This document shows, piece after piece, positions 50,054-62,000 of a stretch of DNA of 64,000 nt. The DNA is from Raillietiella orientalis. Its lineage: Eukaryota. The notes below the pieces were generated by a model. The model made no database searches. It saw only the letters and a program-made list of their open reading frames with translations, and was not told the origin of the DNA. Position 1 is the stretch's first letter; each line of letters opens with the position of its first letter. A program made the position numbers and the translations under genes. Location of the stretch: contig JAYWIR010000009.1 of NCBI GenBank assembly GCA_036172245.1, positions 1,426,001 through 1,490,000 on the forward strand, in the 5' to 3' direction.

Positions 50054-52929
50054 CCACGCGAGCCGGGAAAAGCGGCGGCTCGCGAACAGAGGACGTGCGC
50101 TCGAGATGTTTTTTTTTTTTTCTCTCTCTCTCTCTCTCTCTCCCGCTCTCTCTCTCTTTTTTTTCTTTTCGTTTCTTCTTCTTCTTGTTCTTCTTCTTCT
50201 TCTTCCTCCTCCTCCTCCCTATCCCTCCCTCTCTTTCCCTCTCTCCATCTCCTTCTCTTCTCCTCCCCCTCTTGCCGCCTCCCCCCCTTCCCTCTCTTTT
50301 CCCGTTCGCGCTCGCCGCAGCCGCCGCGCGCCGGTGCTTTCCGCCTCCTCCCCCCGTTCCCGGAGCCCCTGCACCCCCACTGGAAACCGCCACCCAACCC
50401 TCTCTGCTTTTCTTTTCCTTTCCCATTCTGCAGCCGCCGCCGCTGTAAATGGAAAGCCGTATCCCGGGCAACCCCAGAGGGAGCGGCAACCAGTGTGGCC
50501 GTCGCGAAGCAGAGGGGGAGGGAAGCGGGAAGCAAGCATGGCGTAAGGGTGCTTCTCCCCTCCCCCGCGCTTTCCTCGTGCGTACCCCCCCCCCCCTTCT
50601 GATAGGCAAGGGGGGCACCTTCCGAGGGTCGACACCCGGACACCGGGTCAAGCTGAGCCGGGACGCTCTCTTTCCCGGCATCGAGGAGTAGACGAAGAAA
50701 CTTCCAAGAAGACCTTCCCGTTCCTCCCTGCCGTGGCACCCTGCAAAGGGAGCAGGGGAACGGCTGGAGGTGGGGAGGCGTCGTCCCGTTTGCCTTCCCA
50801 CCTCGTCTGCCAGCTCCAGAGCGTTCGCGAAATCCTCTGTCGTCTCTGCGGATTTTTTCTAGGGATCGTGGGGAGAGTTCCAGTCTCAGCATACCCTCGA
50901 CTCCATCCTCCTCCTTTCCCGAAGCCATCCAGTCGTCCGCTTTGTTTAAGAGAGCCGGGATGCAGCGACGCCCGCGGCATCAGCCGCGGTTCCAGAACTG
51001 GGAGGATGATTCAGGTATCTATAAAGGAAGGGAGTCCGCCCCTGCTCTTGCCACACCTTCCACAGGCCAGGGACTGCTTGAGGATGCTTCCCCCCCGAAC
51101 GGCTCATCTCCTCTCCTTCAGGGGCGCTCAAAGGCCACGCAAAGGGAACGGAACCGTGAACGAGAGGGATTTCGTCTCCATCGGCGTTTCCCCGGAAACT
51201 GCCTTCGCTGCCCGAGCGCTCTCGAGGTAGCTTCGACCATCCCCGTTTCGAAAATGCTGTTAGTCTTCGACCGCCACTGCAAGGGAGTCTGTGGATTTTT
51301 CCTGGAAGGGGGAGGGGACCTCGGTAGTCCAGGTGGGATTTTCGATTCCAGACGACCGAGTGCCGCATCCCGTTGGGCTGTACCGCCGAGTCCCAGGCCA
51401 ACGGAGCGGACGTTCCTTCCCTCCTCGTCGGGTCGTTCCTTAGAGCCTGTGGTTCTCATGGGGCGGAAATTCCAGCGCGGCGAGTCTCCCCCATCCCTAA
51501 AAGGTTCCACCTCCAAATGAGCGGTGCTCTGGAATCTCCACGGGGTCGCTATGCAGTCCCAGCTCGGAGATGAGGCAGGAGGCAATGTCCTCGTCGTCTT
51601 CGAACTTCCGCTTTCATAGCAGCCCCACGGTGCCTACGGCTGCTGCCTCCATGCCACAGCCCTTCTGTAGAGGTCATGGCGGGGACGTGGCGCCAACACC
51701 TCAAGGTCTGCCGGAAGATGCTTTTTGTCTTCGGCGTGCATCCCTCCCGAAACGACTTGAAAGTCTCTGAGGCTCTCCGCGCGCAGAGGATCCGCGCTGG
51801 ACATCGGTCGGGATGATGCCCGAGGCGAAACAAACTCCTCTTGAGGGATTCCATCCCGGCTCACAGACCGCTCCAACCCAGCACCTGGATGGAATGCCGT
51901 CCACTTTGCAAGCGACCGGAACGAGACGTCCCTGGGTACTCAGCGCCTACCCCCCACGTCCATGGGGAAGAAGATGCTCCGAAGCGTAGCAGACAACGTG
52001 TCGTGGAGTCCCGGATGCCGAGGACGTTCCTCTCACGTGGCTCATTCTTCATGAGTGACCTCAACTTCTTACACCGAGGTGTGCTGTCCTTAGTATACAG
52101 AGACCCCTGGTGGATGAGGGTCGGCTTCGAAGGGACTGCCCCCCGGAAAAAGCGAGAGGGAGTTCCTCAGCTGTAGTCTGCCGCGTAGTCCGGACGGCGG
52201 CACCCTACTACTGTCGGCGCAGAAGATCTTTTCGAAGAAGTGAGGAGGTCCCGACGACCCCCTCCTTTACTGGGGTCTGGATGGCGCTTCTTGAGCGAGG
52301 GAGCCAGGAGAAAACAGGTTTGCCAGGAGACCAACGGACGGAAGGATGACGTCTCGAGAATGTGGCGCGGAACCTTGGAAGGCGTTGCTCGCGTCTTGGG
52401 TGGCGGCAGAATGCACAGTCGCCTTCTCCTGAGGGGAAGTTTCCCGGGGTGGCAGCAGCAAGAGTGCCTTCTGCTGGGCTGTTGGTATGTTTCCTTCGGC
52501 TGCTGAGGTCCAGCTTCTTGTGGATCGGGTGAAACGGACGTTCCGAGAAGGAAATTCACAGCTGGACCGGCGCAAGTGCCTCGCCGTGGGATCGCTTCCG
52601 AGAGTCTGAAGGTGGGCGTTCAGGCGCTCCCCGAAAGAGGGTGCATTCCCGAGATGGCGTTTTGCAGTTTAGGGAAAGGCTGATCATCTGGGGAACTCTT
52701 GGTTTCTTGCCTCTTAGTCTCGAGGGATCTCACCTGCAACTTTGTGGAAGCTGATTAAGCGGGAGAAAAAAAAAAAAAAGGGGGGGAGGAGGGGAAGTCC
52801 CCATCTCTCCCTCGGATCTGTCCCCACTTCCAAGACACTGAAACGGGTGAAAGCAGCGCGGTAAGGAACTTTGTGCGGTTTCTCCTGCCATCCCATTTTT
52901 GCTGCCTTTCCAAGGTTGAAGGCAAGGAA

Positions 52930-53012
52930 GAAGGAAAAGGCTACGGTGCAGGTCAGAAGATCTCAGGCACAAAGCGCCATATCGCAGTTGATGCACAGAG
53001 TTTTTTGCCACA
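52930..53012 (+). mobile_element. Short degenerate fragment of a bacterial IS5-family (DDE) transposase, endosymbiont-like
   Basis: Translates EGKGYGAGQKISGTKRHIAVDAQSFLP, matching the IS5-family (IS1031-group) motif GYDAGKKxxGxKRHIAVDTxGLP. Flanks show no further similarity and no terminal inverted repeats were seen. Confidence 0.8.
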
Positions 53013-56000
53013 GGGAAAAAAAGAACTCGGGAACAACGAGGAAGGGGAACTGATTCGTTTTCTTAAAGAATGGCGCAGAAACAGCAGCGAAGCACTCTCC
53101 TCGGTGCAAGATTCGACCCTCAGGACGACAGACTTCTTTTTCCGCTGCCCTCTGTACAATGGCAGAAGCACCACAAAGCGCAGCGGAAAACGCACCGAGT
53201 GGGAAAAGCGCAGGCCGAGGCATTCTTCCAAATATGGCAACCACGCTCGCACCAGTCATTACTCGTGCAATCGCTGGTCCAGCTAAGTAGGAAGAATGGA
53301 GAAGAGCCAAGCTTGTTGGAATCAGTCTCGAAAAGGATGGGCTGGAGCCCCCCTTCTCTCACCCTTCTAGTGTTTCAAGGGAATGTGTTTATTCCGGTGT
53401 GCATCCAGGTGGCTTCTTCCTGGAGTAGGCTCTTCCTTTCCGGCTCTCCTCTTCTGAATGCAGAAAGACGTGCGCTCTGACGGAATCGTCGTGTCGCCGC
53501 CTTTCGAAGATCATTTTGCCTCCGCTACGGAACGCCGCAGCGAGGTACCCAAACGCTCCCGCCGATCTGCCGACGCTGGGATCGAAGTCTCCATTCAAGG
53601 TACCACAAGAAGGGAAGGGCGATTTCTCTATTCTTCTACTAGAATGGCTCGCAGGTCATCGTTGGAAGCTGCGGGAGGAGTCCGCTCCAGTTCAGAAAAA
53701 GTCGCGCTTCCGTCGGTCTCCGCCGAAGGAATTCCTCAGGAAGGAGGCAGCACTCGCCGGATGTCCTGAAAAGCATCTCGAGGATTCGGTCTTCCGGCTG
53801 ATTTCTTCCAACGAGCCTTCAAGCGAGAAGAGGAATCCTTCGATGGTCGAAGTTAGTCGGTTGCTTTTGACTTGCCCCATGCCGTGTCTCGCATAGAAGT
53901 CGCAAGGGAACAGAGTTAGTGAGCAGCCAACGTCGGACGGAACGTCGCTGCCAACTGCAGGTGCTGCTGGCCATCCTACCAGTCAGGCACGAGAGAGGTT
54001 CAGTTGAGTTTCTTGGGGGCACAGAGAGAGCCGCGAGTAACCTGTGGTGCTGATGCGGGAAGGGGGAAGGAAGGGTCCTCCGAGAAACACCACGACGACA
54101 TCAGACGGCTCCTTCTTTCAGAAGGTCTGTTCCAGATAAGGGAATGTCTCTCTCCGGAGATACGCAGCCTCCGGAGAGAGCCATCCGCTGAGTAGCCGAT
54201 ATGGCAGCGTTTGGGTGGACAAATTCCATCGGCTCTGCCGTGGAATCCGCTCGAACGCTCCCGGTTTTCGGTGTCTTTTTCTCTGAAGACGGGCGTCCTT
54301 TGGCTGTTGGATTTTCATCCCCTGGAATTCTCATTCCCCGAGGACGGGAGTCCCCCGGCTGATGCGCACTTCTGCTGAGACCAAAGGGCGAACTCGTCCA
54401 GAAGAGCAGGCAGCAGTGGAACGGAGCAAGGAGGAGGGCTAGAAGAACAGGGCCAGACTTCTTGGAGGAGCCCTCTCACAATCGGAACAGTAGGTGGGGG
54501 GGAAGGAAAGGCGGAGGAGGAAGAGGAGTGGTTCCACGCTTTTTACCATTTTCAGGAAGTTTCATGGTCCCTCAGAAACTCTCTCCCTTCCCGTCGGCGC
54601 ATCGTTTTCTGGACCATTTCCCTGCTTTCCTCGAATGGGGAAGAACACTATGGTATGTTTTTTTTTGTTGTTCCATTTGAATTCTTTGCCAGAGAGTCAA
54701 GAGAGGGAGGAGAGGAGTATTTCCAGCGTCTTTTGTGATGGAAGGAAGAAGGAATGGTAGGTAAAAGGGGGTAGGATAAGATCAAACCCGCAGAAGAAGA
54801 TGTACTGAGCGGCCCACAAGCAGATCTAGAGAACAGAAATTTGCCCAACCGAAGATCTCCCAGTACATACAAGATCGCGAAGCCCGGGCTGTTGCTGGAT
54901 CGAGAAGGAGGAAGAAGAGGCGTGGCAGTGAAGCCGGACGAGCCAGTTCTCATTCAGAGCAAGAGGAAAGGAGATATCAGCGCCTGATCTGAGAGCCAAT
55001 GACGCCGAACGGACTAGGCGAGAGAGGGAAAAAGATAGGAGGAGGAAAAAAAAGATGCAACTGGTGGCGAAGACCCTGGATTATGGAGCTCGGGATCTCT
55101 GACTTCCTCTGTGGATGCTTGCAAAACGAAGCGGCGGTTTTCAAAAGAGACAGGGGGAAGGATGGGGGGATTGGGGCAGCCGATCTGCTCCGGAATCTCT
55201 TGCCATTCCAGCTTCCATACGGGCTGCCAAGCCCGGAACTCTGAGATACCAGTCTGCTTTCCTGGTAGCTTGCGACCTCACTGGGAAGGCAAAATGAGGG
55301 GAAAGGCACATCGAGAAACCTCAACAAGCATTCCTGGAAGGCAAAGGAGGTTTCTTGTCCCCAAGAAGAATGGGAAGGAAAATGGTGGGGAGGAGCAGAG
55401 GGTGGGCATAGAGGGATGAGGTCCGAAAGGTGCGGCAAGGAGGAAGCAGATGTCCCAGAAAACCGTCTGAAGAACTCGTGCCACGCTAGTGAATAGACGA
55501 GGCTGGGGAGGAAGAGACTTGCAGCGACATCGCCCACGAAGCTGGAACGGTTTCCTTTACCACCGAAGCTGACTATGATTTGAAAAGGAAAAGGGAAGGG
55601 GAAAACCCTTTCGTTTCTTCTTTTTTTCTCCTTGGAGAACTGCTCCTTGGAAAGGTTGCCTTGGGAAGGTTTTCAGACGTGGAATTCGGAAAATGACAAA
55701 CAGGTGCCATGTCTAAGAATTCTGTTCCTCAGAGAAGGAAGAGGAGCTCCCGGAGACATCCTTCACACTCCCTCGGAATGCACCCTAAATCTGGTACCCG
55801 TACCAACGGAAACCAACGAGCTTTCCGACTGTTGCTTTCGCAGGAAAAGCTAAAGGGTTCGTGAAAGGAGAGATGAGCAACGCCCCCCTTTGCGAGAAGG
55901 CTTCCCTCAAGGACGAAGTGGACAAACCCTCAGGCAGAGGATCCGAAGAACGAACCCGCTTGCCTGCCGTCACTGAGAATGGAGATCTGTGCTTTCTCCT

Positions 56001-59000
56001 CTGGAGAAAAACGAAGCCTCCTTTCCAGACAAGAAACAGAAACGTCTCTCTGAGGTCTCCGCGGGCAGCAGTAGGCGGAGTTCCCGGAATGAATCCCTCA
56101 AAATGACATCCTGCTCATGTGGTTGGGGATTCGCGAGGAAGAGAAGAGAAACGTCGTGAGGGACCTACGGGAAACCATGCAGCCGAGGCAGCTATGTCTT
56201 GCAGTGCTCCGTTGCACCATAAAAATTTGCCGCCGACTGTTGCTCGTGTAGCTCAGCTGATCAGCTGGCTGATGTGGACCACCTCATCCTGGAGCTGGGA
56301 ATCAGCCCACAAGGTTCCGGGAGAACCGTAGGGAAATTCACGAGATGGTGGTGCTTTCGAGCCTATCCCGCGAGGAGGAAGCCTCCGTGTTCCCTTTCCA
56401 GCATCACACGGAATTCCTCCAGGTTCGCCCTAAAGAGAGACCGCCAGCATGTTTTCCGTTTGCTTCTCCCGAGTGCCAGCGGACATGCGCCTTTCGAACG
56501 ACAGGGAATCCAAGCCGTTTGGTTCACTTTTCCTGCAGTAGATTTCTTGCGCTCGAGCACGTGCAGGACTCTTCCCGAGGAGGAACAGGAATCCATATGT
56601 TCCTGCATACCCTGCTGCCAGCATCTTGAGCTTCTGGCCGGAATTTCGATCCAAGGAGTCCAACCTGCGGGAGCGAACCGGACCACCTGCGAGAACGCGC
56701 GCGCGCGCGAATGACTTGGAAAGGGGGAAGAATTGAGACGTGGACAGGAGCCAAAAGAAAAGGACGCTGCTGTTGTTCTGCTCCCTGTCCTTCTCCCCGC
56801 GCAGTTTGCCTCCACGCACTTCGTGCGCGTTCTTCTCTCCTCTGCGGAAATTCAAGGTTGGAGGCTTTCGGGGAGGTGAGCAGGAAGGTTCGGTCCTCGT
56901 CTGCAGCGTCGTCCTTGTCTGCAAGAGCAGGAGCGGCTCCTGGAAAGCCGCTCCTGCTTGAGGACTCCCATCGCGCGTTCGGAACTCAGCTACGCGGGGT
57001 GAACGCCCAGAGCTCCGGCCGCGCCGAGCGGAAGAAAGCCGAGATGCGTTCGTTGGCTAATGACAAAACAGCATCTTGGAGCCTGTGATCAGCGGACCTC
57101 GAAGATGGGAGCAGCAGCACTGTGAAAGTCTGGAGTGCTGAACGTGGCTTCCGTTTCCCCGGTTTCCGAGCGAAAGGCCCCCGCGATGTCTTCGCGACGG
57201 CACAACGCGACTCGCCCTGGTGACCGTTTCAAGGGAGCTAACGAATCTGAGATCCCCGGGATACTCTGCTGCCATCCCTGGAGATGCTCTTCGGGAAGCT
57301 ATTAAAGCAGAGAACAATGCACGCACCAGTCTTGGAACTTATAAATAATGGACCGAGATAATTGTTTTTGATTGATTATTAGATAAATTTCGATCGGTAA
57401 TTCGCCTGCGAAGTTATGAGCCAATGAAGTTGGTGGTCGGTGGACGATAAACCATCCACGGACGGCTCGAGAAACGAAAGCAACGTGCTGATCCATTGCC
57501 AAAACCAATCCTTGTTCGGAATGCCCGTCGGAGCATTCGGCATTTCAAGTGGAGCGGAGAGATCTTCGAGGAACAGAGTGCGGGCAGGTGGAAAGAACCT
57601 CACCCCGGAGCGGACTGCAGCACATCCAATCCCCTGCGAGTTCGCTTCCATCCTTCGGAAGCCGGAACCACTCCCTTTTTCCTTTCTTCCACGGGGTGCA
57701 CAGCAGCTGCGGGTGGCTGAGACCGGATCCCCTGCACGCTTCCCTTGGTCTTGGACTGGAAGGCGGCACGAAACCAGCGGCAACCGGAAGAGCACAGAAA
57801 CAAGCGGGAGCAGAAACCTCTCTGAATCTCATGAGCTCTCAGCTGGTCGCACGACGCCGACAACGACCACAATCCTCGGCGACGATCGGCAGGAAGGGTT
57901 TCTTGCAGAGTTGCCGCCAAGAGCTTGGAACCCCCCTGGTGGTCTGGAAAGGAAAAAAAGAAAAAGAAAATGGGCCAGCAGGCTGGCTTGGGCGGGGGCT
58001 GGGGCTTGCCGCTTCGAGTCCTGTACGTTTTGCTCCAGATGCATGCAACCCTGTCCGGCTGACCACTCTTCGCACGAGCTCTCGTCCCGAAAGAGCCTTG
58101 CCGCGTCGATCTGCGCCACCCTTCCTCCTGGAGGATATTTGCCGAACCGAAGACGACCACCGAAACGGAGACGCTGCCACGTGCTGGGAAGTGAACGGAG
58201 CGTCTTGCAGCTTCCATCTCCGATATCTCGTTTCAAAACGTGGCAGCCATGATGCAAGCCAGAATCGATCACTCCTAATTATTAGGATCCCGGGATGCGC
58301 ACAGATCGATTCGTGCTGCGAGCCTGATGCTTATCTGTCACTGCGTGTTTGCGATTTAGGAGAGAGCGCGCGCGCAGCGTGGAGGCAGCGGAGCGCGAGA
58401 CCCCTCTCTGTAGGTGAATCCCTCCTCGCGCCGGAAAAGATGATCCTCCTTGGCTGCGCTGAAATGTACCCGCAAAGTATCATCTTCGCCGGAGCCCGCG
58501 ATCTCACGGATACGGTTGCTGGTGCGCCATTCGCCACGAGGGAACCAGAGCATTCTTCGCGAAATGCGCGCGTGAAGCGTTCCAAAGCGCCGGAGGAGGC
58601 GCAGCAATCTCCGAGGATGAAGGTATCGGCAGGAATGAAAGATTTCCTTCGCGCTCCGTCAGTCATCTGCGGTGTCGGATTTCTCCGGCTGCACGAGCTC
58701 GGGAATTCCACAACGCGATGCAGCTCGCAGGGAGGAAATTCCTCCACACGTGAAATCGAGTGTCACAATGGGTGCCCCGCGTGATTTCGGAATATAGGAT
58801 TTCCTTAGAGACTCCCCCGATGTTCCAGAAGATGCGATTCGCGTATCGCGCATGCGCTGTGCTTCCCATTACGACCAGCGAGGCTTACGTTCGCTCCCGC
58901 CTTTCCCTCCCCTCCTCTCTCTCTCTCTCTCCTCTTCCTTCCCAATTAAAACATCCATCCGCGCTCCGTGTCCAGGCGTTCCTCTCCGAGGCGCTTTCGA

Positions 59001-62000
59001 CGTCTTCATCGTTACCGGGAAACTTCCCTCGCGCTCCCGGCCCCACCGATCCCCACGCGTCGCCGTCTGCTGCGTGACACAGTTACGGCCTCAACCTGGA
59101 CGAGGTGGCATCCGCTTCTGCCTGAAGGATTCCTCATCCCGAGAAGGCATTCCATTCTTTTTACCACATAATAGGAAAACTTACAATGAGGGTACAACAC
59201 GCATCCACGGCTCAATTAGGGTCACTTTGGTTATGGAAACTGATCGGATTGCTTGTTAGACGTCAAAGGCGGACTGGGGGATACCGAAAGTGCCAGGGGC
59301 CTTTATGTGACAGAGAGAAACATTGCGTTTCCGGTTAGGCATCGGATGTCCCGTTCCCAGACGTCAATGGGCATTTCCCATCGATCATGCGCTGAGCGCA
59401 AGTCTCCATCTTCTCTGCCCGGCGTGGCGTTAGCGCAGGAGCGTGTCGTCCGCGCCAGAGGGGAGGGAGGGAGTCTGTCCTCCCGGAGGGGGAACCGCCG
59501 TCGCTGGCTGTTTTGGAGACCACGCGAGGGAGCCACGGTGCGGGTTCCGGAGAGGAGCGTGGTGGACCCGCTTGGGGAGGAAGGGCGGGGTTTCGAGAAG
59601 CCCGGCCTGGAGCCGCCGCCCTCGGCTCGGAAGGCCCCGTTCGCGGAAGGGGAGGGGAAGGGGGGTGAGAGGGACGGCAGCGTCCTCGCACACGCTCCCC
59701 GCTCGCCTACGACGACGACGGCGCTGGCGACGACAGCGGAGGGCGCAATCCGACTAAAGTCGCTTCCCCGTTGCCGCCGATCCCGGCGCGGGGGCGGCTT
59801 CCGGTTCCCCGGGGCGTTCCTCCCGTTGGCGCGGCGGCGTTTCGCCAGGAGACCAGGGGCCGGCAGCGGTCCTCCGCGGCTTCCTGTACTCTTCTTCTCC
59901 GGCGGATCTTCCGATCCGGTTCCGGCGAAGAAGACCGAGCGGGGGGGCGGCTCCTGCGGCGCCGATAACTGCGGAAGACCCCCGGAGGAGAACTGCCTGG
60001 GCGCACGTGTTGATTCTCCCGATACGAGCCGCCGCTCTCGGCCAAGATTTTCCATCTGCGTTCCCGCGTCGTCACGCCCGATTTTTATCTGCCCCGAGAG
60101 TCCTGCCCGCCCGCGAGAGCGTCCCGCAGCATCCGCCGGTCGTCGGCTCACCTCTGCCGGCTTCCCACGGGGGCGATGATGGCGCTGGAAGTCCGGCGGG
60201 TGGACGGCGGCGGTGTTCGTGACTCGGAGGCCTGCCGACAGCCAGCGTAGGCAACAGCCACGCGGCTTGCCGCGGATGACGACGGAGGCCATGCCCTCCA
60301 CCCGGGACGCCGGGAGAGACGTTGGGGAAGACGTGCGCCTTGCCGCTCCCGGACGAACGGGATAGCATGGAGGACGGGGCAAGCGCCGAACGAAACGCGC
60401 GGGCGTTTCCCGGAGGGAGAGGAAGGAACGCTCCAGTATTCTCCCTGTCCACCCTGTCCGCCAACTGTCCTCCACCCCCCTCCCCCAGCTGGTCGTCCGA
60501 TCCGGACGGATCTCCATGGTGACAGGTCCGACCTTCCTGGTGCTCGAAGCTGCTCGCTGGTGGCGCATCCAGGCGGGCCTCCCAGTGTTCCCCTCCGGTC
60601 TCCTCCCACTTCCACCTTCCAGCCGGGACGAAGGACTTCCGCCTCCCCGCACGCGCATCCCGGTCTGGCTCCCCGGTCCCGGTCCGCTTCGCCCCGATGG
60701 AGCAAGCGGGACCCGGCGAACGTGCGGGTCGCCCCGGGGGACCCCAGCCGAGATACGGCGTGCAGCACGGCTTTGCCGCCGGGAGCGGACGGGATCTCCG
60801 GAAGTTTCCATCCTCTTTTGTGCCCTTCCCCTCTCGGCTCTGCAGGAAGGTGCACACATGGGGACGGCGGCGCTTCGTAGAGTTTGCGCCCGCGGAACTC
60901 TGGCGGCGACAGAGGCACGCGGGCGGTCAGACAGGCTGCACGGGAGAGGCGAGCGACCCAGATCTCCAGGGGGCCGCCTCGGGAAGGGTTCGGAAGGAGC
61001 CACCGCCCCCTCCCACCCGGGCTGGTAGTGAACGCGCACTTCCGGCTGCTCTCTCGCACTACCTCAGAGTCTGCTGCTGGTGCTCGCGTCCAGGAATCCT
61101 CCTCTGTTCCCGAGGGAGGAATCTTCCGCTACACTCCCCCACGCCTGTGCCTGTTCCCGCCTTCGTTGGGGTTCGGGTGAGGGTGGGAGGAAGACGAGGG
61201 TGAGGATGGATGCGTCAACAAAGCGCGCGCCCTCTCTCTTATTGCTGCCTTCGTGGGTCCCCCTCCCCCCCTCTCCTCCCATCGTGGTGGCGACTGAAAA
61301 CGAGGAAGCGGCAGTGGCTCGCGTCATTCCCGGATCGCGCCCGCCCGCCGCTCCGGGGTCTCTCCTGTCTCCGCGAAGCGCCGCGCTCGTGCGAACGAGG
61401 GGAGCTGCAGGTAGCCCAGGAAACGGGAGGGTCGACGGGAGCCCCGGGGAAGGTCCGAGCGGCGGCAGGAACAGGTCCGGACGGGCAGACTGGCAGGTTC
61501 GCGCGCGCGTCTCCGCGCGGGAATTTGGAAGCCTCCGCGGGAGGCGGCAGGCCCTTCCCTCCGGGGACGGAAAGCTCCGCCCCGTGCCGGGTCTCCCCGC
61601 TCCGAAGGAGGCCGCGCGACTTCCCCCCCTTCCCCTCCCCTCGCCCCGGAACCCGATCCGCTTTCCCCTCCCTCCCGCGCGAAGCCAGAATCGCCCAGTC
61701 TCCTCTGCTGTTGCACCCCTTCGTCGAAGGAGCGCTCTCTCTCTCTCTCTCTCCCGGCGACGGCATCTCGTTTTCTCTTCCGCCTCTCAGGGTCAAACGT
61801 GGACCTGCCGCGGCATTTTTTCGGAGCTGATTTCTCCTCCCTCCCCTCCTCCTCCTCCTCCTCCTGCGCCTTCCTTCCTTCCTTTTTTTTTTTTCATGAC
61901 CTTTTTAGTGGAGGGGGGGGGGGGAGGAGGGCACAGTGCCGCATCCCTCTAAGCAAAAGATGGGAAACGAAAATGCAGTGGGATTAAGAGAAGGAGCTCG

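Noticed and set aside
50047..50058. CCAAT + CCACG resembling an ER-stress element
   Set aside because: Spacing is 2 nt, not the 9 nt required for ERSE
56242..56330. tRNA-like start GCTCGTGTAGCTCAGCTG
   Set aside because: No T-loop/B-box (GGTTCRA) at the right distance and no closing acceptor stem
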